Under the pieces are notes generated by a model. It did not search any database, had not been told where the DNA came from, and saw only the letters and a list, made by a program, of their open reading frames with translations. From Octopus sinensis (Eukaryota): 64,000 bases of DNA. The stretch lies in contig NC_043002.1 of NCBI RefSeq assembly GCF_006345805.1, forward strand, positions 68,448,001 to 68,512,000, given 5' to 3'. The position numbers and the translations under genes were made by a program. Each line of letters begins with the position of its first letter. Positions within the stretch are counted from its first letter, which is position 1. Shown in pieces: positions 12,591-25,259 of this stretch.

Positions 12591-15500
12591 AATTAAAACC
12601 TTTATTTCTAATACAGAGAATAAGCATTTAACCCTAATCCTATAGTACAATTTTTTGTGAAATTTTGGCACATTTAAACACAATTCATTAAAAACAGTCT
12701 ATTCTGGGTTTCTTGATTGGGAATCTTAGCATGATGTGCACCACCTCTTTGACTATTCTAACTTCTTATTTTGGTTATTTGTCTGTAATAAAAACTTCAT
12801 TCCAAATTGTACTGTAATTTCCAATCACAAATGTTCTACCATTCTTTCATTTGATATTTTATATCAAATCACAGTTCTTCTCTCCTGAACTTATCAGATC
12901 ATATCTCATTCTTCTTTATGTATGTATATATCACATTTTATGATTACAGGTTTGTCTGTGCAACTCTGTCAGAACAAATATCACAAGAAACTTCGTTTGA
13001 AAGCCCCATTTCATTCTTTCTCATCAATTTATTCATGGCCCCAACACTAATGAGATCACAAGACTAAGTTGTCCACTCAATCGATGAGGATCTTAGTTTG
13101 CAATTTACATGGTTATTGCTGATGCAATGCAGAAAAGCACACAGTACACTATATATAATGAATGGTATTAAGAAGAATATCCAGCCATAGAAACTATGCC
13201 AAAGCAGATATGGAGCACAATGCTCCAGTATCTGACCTCTGACCTGTTTGATTCTGTCAACTTGCCCCAAATTATGCCAGTACAGAAAACAGATGTTAAA
13301 ATATGATGTGTGTGTGTACACAGCAAACAACCACACAACTTCTGCCTACCAAATTCTATTCCCAAAGTATTAACCATCTGAAATGATGGTAGGAGACACT
13401 TGGCCAAGGTAGCATGCCACAGAATAGAACCCAAGACAATACTGTTGCAAAGTGAATTTATCAATAAGCTTCTTTGCAAATACACAGAATATTATGAATC
13501 CAAATGCTTTCATACATCATACAGTAGTTTGCTGGGTTATGTTCTAATGAAGAAACAATGGAGTATGTTGTTGTTTCAGAAAACTGATGTTATAATAAAT
13601 CTGACAAGTTTCAGATGCTTTGAGAAGATCATGGACAGTCACTTCTTCCTGATAAATCTATCTCTATGAAATATGTAAATAAAAAGAATGTCACTGGATT
13701 TTAGTTTTGTCCGTTAGTGGATACAAATGTCACATCGTGGTAAATATTTGTTATTCAAGAATATGTTTTGGAGGTGACAGATTTTTTTAAAGTCACTCTA
13801 CTAAAGCATTAGGACAACATTTAAAAAATATTTTAACAGTAGCTCATCTAAAAAAATAAAACTTTCAGATATATAAATAGTCTTTGAAAATGATTTGAAA
13901 TTTAAATTTTGTTCAAGCAGAGTTACTACAGATTTAATGCTTTATAATTAATATATATTATACTAATAGATGAATAAATAAATAACCCTAAAATAACGTT
14001 GTGGCATCTTAACAGTCAAATAGTGTACGTTTAGCAATTCGACCAGGACTAGAAATCTCAAAAGGTTGTTTTTTTTTTAATCTTATTAATTTCTCTCCAA
14101 ATCTAAGGCAATGCTGGGAAACAAATATTGAATCAATAACAATGATACTTTTTTTTTTTACATTACTGAGTCAATAATAATACTTTTAAATTATCTTTAA
14201 TACAATTTTATTCAACTCAATAAATATCATAAGAGTCGACTTTGCCTTTCATCCTTTCAGAGTCGATAAATTAAGTACCAGTTGCGTACTAGGGTCGATT
14301 TAATCGACTGGTCCCCTCGCCCAAAATTTCGGGCCTTGTGCCTGGAGTAGAAAAGAATAAATACCATAAGAAAGTTATCCAAAAATAACCATGATAAATT
14401 GGTTGAACCTTTTTCCTGTTCTCCGCCTACCACTTCCTGCTAATTTCAACTCGTGCATTTTTTTTTTCTCTTCTCTGAGACACTGCAAGCCCACTTCTGG
14501 CTTTCTTTCTTTAACCCTAATGTCTCACCGTACAAAATAATTTTTTCAATCATTCCTTCTTCCACAGATCTGTACTCCTCTATAATTCCATTCCCTGACA
14601 AATGTATTCTTCCTAAAACACCGAGCTGCAAAAAGAAGTTCAAAATGAAACACCATTAATACAACCAACCTCTCCCGACAACCCACCCCCATTCCTCGTT
14701 GTAGCAGCATTTCAAAGGGAGGACTGCCTCCACTATTGCATTTTACGTTTCTTATACGAGAGTAAGACTATACTTGTTTTACAAAGTTACCTGTCATAAC
14801 TATCAAATCAGCTCAGAGACAGCCTCTTATGTAGTCACTTGAGCTGCGAGAAATAGCAGCCAGATAACATCGTATCGTCTTAAAAGAGTAAGAACAAATT
14901 AAATAATATAGTCCTAGATGACGTTATGTCTCAAAATACAAATAACTGGATAGTCATGGTTGGAGTGTAGATCAGCCCAATCAAGCTCATAGGGTTTAAT
15001 AACTACAATAATCAAATCAAGATCACTTGCAATTCACTAATTGCTGTATAAATTGACGACCTAACTCATGAAAAAAGATTGACTCCATTTTACAACTACA
15101 AGGCTCCCTAGTCAAGAGGAACTCCTTACCCTATAATTTATTTCAGAATAAAAAGTTAATTAGAAGTTTTATTTTAAGTCTGTATCAACTCTAGCGATCA
15201 ATTAATATTCGAAAAAATTCCTTTAAAACAATAATATATTTTTTCATATTAAGATGCTGTTTTGAGATCGTCATGGACCAGCCTACGTATGATCAACAGT
15301 GTTCCCGTTGTAACCATCCGTTTTAGTCAACCATAGTGTTTTTAAGACTACACTATCCAATGTACCATTTTTAAAGGCATTTACGGTGTATTTACAAAGA
15401 GATTTAGCTGCTATTTCCAGCAGATCGAGTGATCATAGAGAGGTCGCTACTCTATCTACTGTTGTCAATAAAGATAAATTTAATGGTATCCAATAAAACA

Positions 15501-18500
15501 TTTCCCTAAACAATAAGAGACCAAGTGATTCCTGATTTAATAATTTGATGATAATGATAGTGATGGTATTATTAGTCAGCAATGAAAGAAAAAAAAGGGG
15601 GCAGTATTCTGGCTTAATTGTAAGACGTTAGAATTTGATCAAGTCTTTTTGAAGACTATTTGGTAAAATGTTCCTATTTATTATATTCGTTGCACATTAG
15701 CACCGACGTAAAAAAAAAATGGGGGCAGAAGGATTTCATAGAATCAGAGAACCAAAATGAAATCAAGGCGAAATTTTTAAAATATATACACCCACCCCCT
15801 TTTTGGTTGCCAATATATATTGATATAATAACTAAAGGTAGATATGATAGTTTTAAAGGGTATCTTAGCAATAAAATTAATAAAATTTGAAGTTAATGTT
15901 TTTTTTCTGTTTTCACTTAAGTCTTTCAAACGATATTAAGAAAATAATCGGAAAGTTGTAAACAACCTTTAAAAATAATGATAAAGTTAAGAATCTTGGT
16001 CTGGTCCAGCACAGCCCTTTATTAATAATGCTTTTGAAGGTAATGAATGAATGAACGACTTCTCGGTTTACACAATGGTTTAAAAATATGCTATATAAAG
16101 CCAAAATAGCCAAACTGACCGAACAAAAACAAAATACACGAGAAAAATATAATAATGATGATGAAGAATTTATTGTATACAGTGCTCAGGTGCACTACAA
16201 CTCATCAGAAAAGGTAGCCGAAAGTGCATGTACAGTACATAGAATGCACAGAAAGTGAACAATGAATAGGTCCTTAAAAAAATGAGGGAGGAACACCAGG
16301 TATATTCAACATAAAATTAGTGACTGTAATAAACTAAAACTCGTTCAAGTATAAAAATTTTATATATACTTAGAATATATATACATAGTGGGGATTGTTT
16401 CAATGGAAGAGACGATTTTCTTCCAATAATAATAATAATAAAGATAAATAAATACATCTTTAAATCAAGCTTTTATAGTCTTTTTTATATATATATGTAT
16501 GTATCAAATTTTGAACGAACATTTTAGGAAATAAGATTGAAAAGTTAATAACTAGCAACAAGATGCACAGCCTAATTTATCACCACCACTATTACTCTTT
16601 CTTTTTGTGTGTGAATAAATAAATATATTGGCTTTGGAAACATGACAGTCTGCTTGCATTACCAACAAAGAAATAGAGTCACTGTTTGTAAATATGATGG
16701 GGGTAGACAAATGCCAACAGAGTAGATCAGTTCTGCATATAATTAGCTTTCAATTGCAGAGCATCGCAAAGCATGAGGCAATGTAAAATTTCGAATTATG
16801 ATGGAAGATTGTTCTCTGTCTTTAGAATTTATACTTCATGTCCTATAAAATATAGCAGAAGGTTCGGATATGGTTGCGCTAATTTGAACCTCTTTATTTT
16901 CTTTCTATACTCAAACATATACAAATACTTCTAGTTTTGTGGTTAAAGATGAGTAATTGCAATGAGTAAACTATTTTAATAGATCAAGTAATTTTTTCCT
17001 TTGGTATTTGGCAATTTTTGTAAAGGAAGAAGAACTATAAAAAATGCTCAGCTTCTACTCAAATAACTAACATTTATTTCCTTCAAAATGCGAAAAACAA
17101 AAAAATCTTAGTAAATGGATTAACACAAAAATACATTTGTGACTCGAATTAGTATTAACTACAGAAAAATAAAAACAAAATAGATTCATAATCTTACTCC
17201 CAAACTATTGCCATTTACCTTTAAATAATCGAAAAGGTAATAAAGTATTTTACGAGACATAATACATCACTTTCACGTGGAATTTAGAAGATAAATATAA
17301 TGTTAAAAACAACACCAAAATGAAGTTTTTTGACACAGATATACTATTGACCTAATTCAGTTTAGCATATAAACAAAAACAACCCAAAGTACAAAAATAT
17401 ACAAAATATTCACCAAAGCAGTTTCCAAGTAAAAAAAAAAATTAATGAAATTTACAGAAGTGATAACAAAGTTATTATTTAGGGTTAATAATAATGAAAA
17501 TAATATTTTCTTTATTTGTCAATAACAAACAATTATTCAATTATAGAAAGTAGGGGAATTACATCGACTTGTACATGTTGCTATTATATACCGTGAAGAA
17601 ATTAATTAACCAAGAAACTACTTTAGTACAAAAGAGGAAAACGTAAATCTAGTTAACAAATCAAATATGTGATTTGTGTCTGAGTCTTTATTACGAACTT
17701 GAAACAAAACAAAGCAAACTTCTCCATTCACAGTAATGCCAGCAGTGAGCTGAAGGCGGAAGTAACTAGTTCTGTTTAAGATGCCAAAAAATCCTGGATC
17801 ATAAAATATGGAAGGGAATATTTCAGAAACAATTTATTTAGCGATGAATCAAAATATTTGTTTAATAAAATTTTTCGAAGTTAAATTCACAGAACGATTT
17901 CATTTCTGCTATCTATTTCTTTGGGTTTTATTTTTTTCTCTAGATGATTTCTCTTGACTAGGCACAAGGCCAATTTTGCAGGGAAAGAATACCGTCGATT
18001 GACAAAACACTACTCTAGAGAGATGAAAAGACAAGCTGACTACAGTGTGAACTGAATTCAGTTTAGTGCAATCATGACAGGATCAAAACAATCTTGATTT
18101 TGAACTATTTAATAAATTGATATTTAAAATAGCCATCAATGATGATAATACAAGGTACGTATCAATGAAGTTAGAAACCATACAAAGAAATAGGGCTTTA
18201 TTTACTATGTTTTATTTTATAATATCGACTTTGGTCCGTGTATTACAACAAAAGTGAGAAGGACAAAAGAATAGTAAATATGGAATATAAAGAAATCTGT
18301 GTCAATAATAATAAATCTGATGAATCAAATCTGTTGTTAGATACATTAATAACAAATTGCACCATTCTCTATTAAAATGTATTCTAGTAGTTCTAATACT
18401 AGTTATCATCAAGAAGCAATAAATTCCGAATGATAAACAATAATATAAATTTCAATATCTAAACAAAAAATTTAACCAAAAGAAGTGTTTTATGTTATTA

Positions 18501-18944
18501 TTGTAGCAAGATGATGCATAAAAATGTCAAAATGTTTAAGATGTAGCAGTGTTTTGTAACAACGTAAAATTCATATTTCAGTTTAGTATAAAGAGTGGAG
18601 TTAGTAAGGAGCTTTGTGCATATTATCAAAATTAAAAATCAAATAAATGTTTTCTAAGCAGAAAATTGGCAATTTTAGAGACAGAGAGAATATTTTCCTT
18701 TTCTTTTCTTTTTTTCTTCTTTTTTAGTATTGACGTGGTGTGGTAGTGAAATCAGACATTGAAAAAAAACATCCTTTTATGAAAAATTTCTACGCAAGAG
18801 TACAAATCCATAAAGTCAACAGTAATAGAAAGCTTTTAGACTAACCTTGACAATAGTTAATCCTTAAAAAAACCTGATAACCAGAGAGATTATTAACCAA
18901 AAATGTGATGGGAACCATTTTTATCGAATAACAACAGGCACCTG

Positions 18945-19045
18945 TTCACACTTCCTGCGCCATAATGTGATGACGTCACAGTTCTGAGTGCTGCTTCAGC
19001 GGAAGTAAACTCATCACCAACAATTAAATATATACGGAAGCTCTT
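18945..19045. promoter_or_regulatory. Candidate housekeeping-type promoter (ETS x3, CRE, YY1-like)
   Basis: ACTTCCTG 18950-18957, GCGCCATAAT about 18957-18966, perfect CRE TGACGTCA 18971-18978, CGGAAGT 19000-19006 and CGGAAG 19035-19040. They lie in a repeat-poor, CpG-retaining stretch (about 15.5-19.5 kb); another GGCGGAAGTA sits at 17755-17764. Confidence 0.5.
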
Positions 19046-19283
19046 TCAGGTCATATATTTATGAAAATGACATTTTCTCCTCTTCATGGTATTGTAGTTC
19101 ACTCAAAAGTAATTGCGGACTGCCTTTCAAACTATTATTCACACTAGCTCAACGTTATATTTCAATAAACGTTTCCGTACGTAATTTTCGGGGAAATTAT
19201 TACGAATACGAAAGCTAAACAACAGAACAAAAATCAATAATTAGCTTCCCTATTGTCACTTTTCATTTAATTTTAAATTACAG

Positions 19284-19487
19284 AACCAGCATAGAATAGC
19301 ATACCTACGATTACAATCAATCGAAAATAATTTTGGATGCTATTTTTCTGGATCCAATACGATGATTATTTCCAATCAGGACCAGAGAAACCATTAAACA
19401 AAAGAAGCACGTGCTTAGGGCACCAAGGGAAGGGGATGGTACTATGGATTTTATTTTTCTAGTGCTGGATTTACCATGGCACAAATG
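19284..19487 (+). other. Candidate exon (5'UTR-like or lncRNA) downstream of the putative promoter
   Basis: Acceptor ttttaaattacag|A at 19283 and donor ATG|gtaaat at 19488; good-context ttaccATGG at 19476. All three frames contain stops and no protein was recognised. Confidence 0.3.
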
Positions 19488-20375
19488 GTAAATCGACATT
19501 TTTTAAGAATTAAAAAAGGCTGAGAATTTGGATCTTTTTCCTGTTATTATAAGTAAATCTATTCATTTTGCTTATTGATATTTCATATTTAGTTGAGGTG
19601 TATTGATTGAAAGAAAATTGGATTTTCAATCTATGTTTTTCCCATTCAGTACTTGTATCTAAATTGAAGGATTTGCATCGGCAACTTTGTTAGGCTGTGT
19701 TTAGCCTTCATCAGTTGATCTTAATCCAGCCTTGATACCAATATATTGGGATCAGTTGTAAAATATGCATTTCTTTCTTTATTAATGCAAAGTAATTTCA
19801 GTTAATTCTTCAAATAAGCTTTCTGACCAATTCCACTGGATGAATCAAACAGCTGATATAAAGAAAATACAAAACTCAGATAACTTTATCTGTACAAATC
19901 TTCATAAAGCTCTATGGAGATCACAGGCCCCTATATTTTCTTTGATTATAATCGATGAGGAGGAGGAGTATCATTTCCATTAATTTTATATAGTGATAGG
20001 TGCAACCAGATGGTCTTGGGTTCAGACCCACTATGCAGCACCTTCAACAAGTGTCTTCTACTATAACCCCAGGTTAACCAAAGTTTTGTGAGTGGATTTG
20101 GTAGTCAGAAACTTTAAAAAAGCCCATTGTGTGTGTGTGTGTGTGTTAGTGTTTCTTTGTCTTGACACTGTGTGATAATTGTAAACGAACATCACCATCA
20201 TACAAGCAGTGTCATTCATTTCCAATATTCTATGAAAACATTTGGCCATGAAGAAAATATTACCTCATTTGAAAACAGATAAGTGTTGATGACAAGAAGG
20301 GTATCTGGCCATAGAAAATCTGCTCCAATAAATTCCATCTGACCAATACAAGCATGGAAAAGTGGACTTCAAAAA

Positions 20376-20424
<49 letters not shown>

Positions 20425-20716
20425 ATGATATGATATGTTACACAGTAACACTGCACTCCATTTGATTATCCACTGCATGTTTGGGCATGCATTATGGTTC
20501 TCAGCTAGGTGGAGGCGTAATATACCTGGAACGATCACTAAATCTGTGGATCATAACCAGTAATTTGGTTGGCTACCTACCTATGTACCATGGGACTGCT
20601 TCATTACAGTAGAGTTAACTTGAGATAGCAAAATCACCCCCCCCCCACCATAACGCCAGTGACACACTTCTATGAATAGTTTGGGATGGTCTGTTGATAA
20701 TAATAATAATAATAAT

Positions 20717-21235
20717 GTAATTATTGTATACAGTTCTCAGGTGCTCTACAACTTGTCAAAGGTGCATATAAAGCATATGCAATAATGTACAAATGTCTGG
20801 AAAGTGAACAGTGTATGAGTCAGATACATGCTTGTGTGTGTATGGAGGGGAGAAAATCAGGTGTAGTGTTGGCAAATCTCAGGAAGCATGGAAGTTTCAA
20901 AAGATGCAGTGCTCCAACAACTAACAACTGATGCTAGCAGTTTGTTCCATGCATCAGCAACTCTTAGTGTAAAAAAATGTTTCCGAAAGCCATGGGAGCT
21001 GTGCTGTTTTCTGACTTTGTAGACATGTCCATGGGTGTTAGACAGGTGGAGTTTGAAAAGGTGCTCAGAATTATTGTTAGTAAGATGGTTAATAATGTTA
21101 TGGGTGTCTGCCAAGTCAGCTGCCAGATGTCGGAGTTTCAATGTATCCATGCCCAGGGAAGTAAGGCGTTTAGAATATGACAAATGCCTGATGGAGGATA
21201 TTCTCCTGGTTGCACGTCACTGAACAGTTTCCAGA
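20717..21235 (-). mobile_element. CR1-like LINE 3' end (5'-truncated)
   Basis: ORF 20857..21183 (RLTSLGMDTLKLRHLAADLADTH...FFTLRVADAWNKL) is the reverse-complement homologue of 31560-32090, including the 3' UTR; preceded by (TAA)n. Confidence 0.9.
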
Positions 21236-21452
21236 TCTTTAAATCTTTCAGAGGTAACAGAATTTTTAAAATCTTTCAATTTCCTTGGTATTTAGGTTAC
21301 TTTCTTTCAAACAGGTCTCTTTATCTTTCCTTTAGAGAATATTTGCACTCAACTGTTTGCAAATTTCGAGAAGGATGGAAGTTTTGAAGGATGTAGTGCC
21401 CTGACAGCTTAACAACTGATGTGAGTTATTTATTTCATCCTTCATCATTTCT

Positions 21453-21830
21453 GGAGTGGCTGTGTGGTAAGTAGCTTGCTTACCAACTACATGGTTTCGG
21501 GTCCAGTCCCACTGTGTGGCACCTTGGGCAAGTGTCTTCTACTATAGCCTCAGGTCAACCAAAGCCTTGTGAGTGGATTTGGTAGAGAGAAACTGAAAGA
21601 AGCCTGTCGTGTATGTTTATGTGTGTGTATATGCTTGTGTGTCTGTGTTTGTACCCCCAACATCACTTGACAACCGATGCTGGTGTGTTTACGTCCCCGT
21701 AACTTAGCAGTTCGGCAAAAGAGACCGATAGAATAAGTACTAGGCTTACAAAGAATAAGTCCTGGGTTCGATTTGCTTGACTAAAAGCAGTGCTCCAACA
21801 TGGCCACAGTCAAATGACAAGTAAAAGAGT
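21453..21830 (+). mobile_element. SINE family B (ggagtggctgtgtggtaag head, internal TA/TG microsatellite)
   Basis: tRNA-like head, conserved gcaccttgggcaagtgtcttctactatagc core and gactgaaacaagtaaaagag tail. Other copies at 23183-24250 (split), 28551-29097 (-), 33889-34293 and 49621-50015. Confidence 0.9.
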
Positions 21831-22529
21831 ATATATCTTTTCCAGTAGAAAAGATATAAACCCCAGAGGAAAATTGATTTTGCTCTGAATGTATAAGTGT
21901 ATATTTTCACAATTTCTGCACTCTTCTATGTTGGGAATGTGAACTCTGACACGTTTTGTGAATTCTGAATTTTTTTTTTTTTTGTAATTTAAAACCTTTG
22001 ACACCAGTAGCTATAGTCCTGAAAGGAAACTGCTGTTCTACATAACGACGCTACCAGCTAGAAATAGCAGTTGAATCACCCCAAACAGCCAAAAAGACTG
22101 GATGAGTATGGCTAGAATGCCTTTTTGAATCCTAGAATTGTTTGATCATAGCTGATGTGGAGTTAAACAACATATCCAAATTAGGAAGATTTTCCATAAT
22201 TTTTCAGTTGAGTCAAATGAAGAGCCCTGTAGGTACTTGGATAAAAGATGTTATTGCTATTTGCAACATCAGTGACTGTTACATTCACTTTTTCCTGTAT
22301 CAGAGGCAATAAATTCTCATCTAAGCATGCAACTGGTTGCATGTGCACGTCATGGAAAAGGCCCAAAAGGTTGAAAAGGCATCTAGTTCTTACTGCCTGC
22401 TAGGAGATGAAGTTTCATTTGCCCCTGATACTTATGGTATTCTTAACACAGCATATCCATAACAGATATTCTCTCAAAACAAATGCTGCAGTAACTGGCC
22501 TATTGATAGTAAGTATACATTAAGTATAA

Positions 22530-22830
22530 TACATCTATCTATCTATCTATCCACTCAGTCAAAGTCGACTCTCGGTTACTCGTTGGATCAGTGTCCTCCA
22601 GTCAGTTCTATCCTGGGCCGCTTCTTTCAGATTGTCTATGTCCATTCCGGTATCACTCTTGATGGTGTCAAGCCAGCAGGTTCTTGGTCGGCCTCTTCTT
22701 CTCTTGCCACTGACCATTCTGAAAATGATGTCCTTCTCCAGGGATTTTCTCCGCATAATATGACCGAAATATGCCAATCTATGCTTGGTGATCTTAGCTT
22801 CTAGCGACATTTTCGGCCTGATAATACATA
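22530..22830 (-). mobile_element. BovB-like RTE LINE 3' end
   Basis: ORF 22559..22846: RLAYFGHIMRRKSLEKDII..G KRRRGRPRTCWLDTI..AAQDRTDWRTLIQRVTESRL, the RTE/BovB C-terminus; followed by a (GATA)n tail on the minus strand. Confidence 0.88.
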
Positions 22831-23325
22831 GATGGCTATATATCATGTGGCTGAGTATGTTAAATTTTTCATGTTAATTGTTAACAAGGGAAAGATACAC
22901 ACATCTATTTATATATATATACATATATGTATGTGTGTGTATATGTTTGTGCATCTGGCCCCCCACTATCACTTGACAACCAATGTTGGTGTGTTTATGT
23001 CCCTGTGACTTAGCAGTTCGGCAAAAGAGACCGATATGATAAGTATATAATAAGGATATAATAAGTACTAGGCTTACAGAGAATAAGTCCTGGGGTGGAT
23101 TTGTTCAATGAAAGGCAGTGCTCCAGCATAGCAGCAGCCAAATGACTGAAACAAATAAAAGAAGAAAAAAAAAGAATGAAAGTGTGGTAAGTAGCTTGCT
23201 TACCAACCACATGGTTCTGGGTTCAGTCCCACTGCGTGGCACCTTGGGCAAGTGTCTTCTACTATATAGTCTCGGTCTGACCAAAGCCTTGTGAGTGGAT
23301 TTGGTAGACGGAAACTGAAAGAAGT

Positions 23326-23386
<61 letters not shown>

Positions 23387-23434
23387 ATTGGTGAATTGAA
23401 GAAATGGAGCTGAACGCAGATTGAACAGAAATCG

Positions 23435-23531
23435 TTTTATTTCATTCTACACGTGTTTCGAAAGGCACAAATTACCAAAATCCGATTGAATAATGGGACC
23501 ATATTGTGTCTTTCTCTTCAGGAAGAAAAAA
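23435..23531 (-). ncRNA. Type I hammerhead ribozyme candidate (mirror copy on the minus arm)
   Basis: Exact reverse complement of 23704-23800. Confidence 0.75.
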
Positions 23532-23703
23532 GGAAATCCGTTGGAAAAACAAAAACAGAACAGAGGCGGAGCAAAAAACAAATCGAACTGTGCTCCTAAG
23601 AGCCCATGGCGAATTTCTCTTTTCGCCATGGGCTCTTAGGAGCACAGTTCGATTTGTTTTTTGCTCCGCCTCTGTTCTGTTTTTGTTTTTCCAACGGATT
23701 TCC

Positions 23704-23800
23704 TTTTTTCTTCCTGAAGAGAAAGACACAATATGGTCCCATTATTCAATCGGATTTTGGTAATTTGTGCCTTTCGAAACACGTGTAGAATGAAATAAAA
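23704..23800 (+). ncRNA. Type I hammerhead ribozyme candidate (plus arm)
   Basis: CTGAAGA 23714-23720; stem II gaaagacac/gtgcctttc (23721-29/23767-75); GAAA 23776-79; palindromic stem III ACACGTGT 23779-86; GUA cleavage triplet 23785-87; stem I ttttttcttc pairs with gaa(t)gaaa(t)aaa. Confidence 0.75.
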
Positions 23801-24003
23801 CGATTTCTGTTCAATCTGCGTTCAGATCCATTTCTTCAATTCACCAATAATGTTTTAATTTCAATTATCCGCACCAACGCACGGTTGCAACACCAGATGG
23901 TTGTACCTCCAACCGTGCTGTTTACTGCTGTGATTTTTGCCACTAAGGTATCGGTTAAACTGTTGATTAATCTACTACAAGATTATTCATCTTTCTATTT
24001 CAC

Positions 24004-24070
<67 letters not shown>

Positions 24071-24745
24071 ATATATGTTTCTGTGTCTGAGTTTGTCTCC
24101 CCAACATCTCTTGACAACCGATACTGGTGTGTTTATGCCCCCATAACTTACCGGTTTGGCAAAAGAGACTGATAGAATAAGTACTAGGCTTACAAAGAAT
24201 AAGTCCTGGGGTCGATTTGCTCAAATGACTGAAACAAGTAAAAGAGTAAAAAAGTATATATTCTATTAAATCAAGGATATAAAATCCTCTTAAAGGGATG
24301 TCAGCATCCAAATTTGCCAGTTTTATCCAGTGTATCAGTGAAAAACCAAAGATGTTAGTTTTTCATTGATGGATATGGGTAAATTATTTATATAATAGAA
24401 AAAGAAAATAGAGAAACAGATGTATAGATATCAATTTATTTGAATATATTCAATTCTGTACAATATCAAATTCCTTGCTCCTACAGCTGTTGAGGAATTA
24501 AATTAAATTAATTTAAATTTTCATATCAAATATCATTAATTGGGCATTTGTTCAGGGAAAGAATCCAATAAAGAAAAAAGGAGCTACACTCAATGTATTG
24601 GTTAACCCTTGATCGATTCAGATATGTGCGTTTTAGCAACCAATATATCTATATACATGTGTGTGTGTGTGTATGTATATATATATATTTACTATAAGGT
24701 GGCCGAAAGTGTACATATACCACTATATGTATATATAAATATGAA

Positions 24746-24944
24746 AAATGGAACAAAAACGCAATAGAGGATAATAAAACATCTGGACAGATAGACAATA
24801 CAAAAGCAGACTGGAAAAACAGCAATCACAGGGACAGGAAAAAAGGATGGGTCAATCGTGACCTTCTTTTGTCTGTTAAGTTACCAGATGCCCTTTACAC
24901 TGTCCAGATGTTCTGTTGCCCTCTATTGCATTTTTGTTCCATTT
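24746..24944. mobile_element. Short element with ~45-bp terminal inverted repeats next to (TA)n (MITE-like or inverted pLTR)
   Basis: Left aaatggaacaaaaacgcaatagaggataataaaacatctggacag (24746-24790); the right end 24900-24944 reverse-complements to aaatggaacaaaaatgcaatagagggcaacagaacatctggacag. Confidence 0.75.
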
Positions 24945-25259
24945 ATATATATATATATATATACACACACCCACACACACACAATGAGTTTCTTTCAGTT
25001 TCCATTTATCAAAACCAAGTACAAGGCTTTAGTCAACTTGGGGCTAGAGTAGGTGCTTGTTCAAGTTGTCAAACAGTGGGACTGAACCTGAAACCATGTG
25101 GTTGGGAAGCAACCTTCTTAACCACACAACTATTGCTTGCACCTATAATTTCACTTTAATAATTTCTAGCATTTGATCCTAGTGAGACCCTGATAGGATT
25201 CGAGCACAAAATTGAAAGGTGTAAAACCCAAACAGTATAACACATTTACTTCAGTGCTC

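Larger units (their letters stand above)
23378..24005. mobile_element. Fold-back element: 236-bp inverted arms plus a 148-bp unique tail, inside the (TA)n of a SINE; Penelope-like pLTR or retrozyme candidate
   Basis: Arms 23378-23613 and 23622-23857 with an 8-nt spacer and one mismatch (23409/23826). Flanked by (TA)n on both sides; SINE head at 23183-23330 and SINE tail at 24057-24250. Confidence 0.85.

Noticed and set aside
17600-17850. About 70-codon ATG-less open frame on the minus strand
   Set aside because: No start codon, weak splice sites and no recognisable domain.
21335-21420. Exon-like segment with a good acceptor and gtgagt donor as a coding exon
   Set aside because: All three frames contain stops; could only be non-coding or terminal.
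22181-22440. Protein-like ORF and exon-like signals at 22.2-22.4 kb
   Set aside because: No frame links consistently to other candidate exons and no family was recognised.
23447-23788. Paired identical ORFs on both strands
   Set aside because: Mirror artefact of the palindrome; no recognisable protein.
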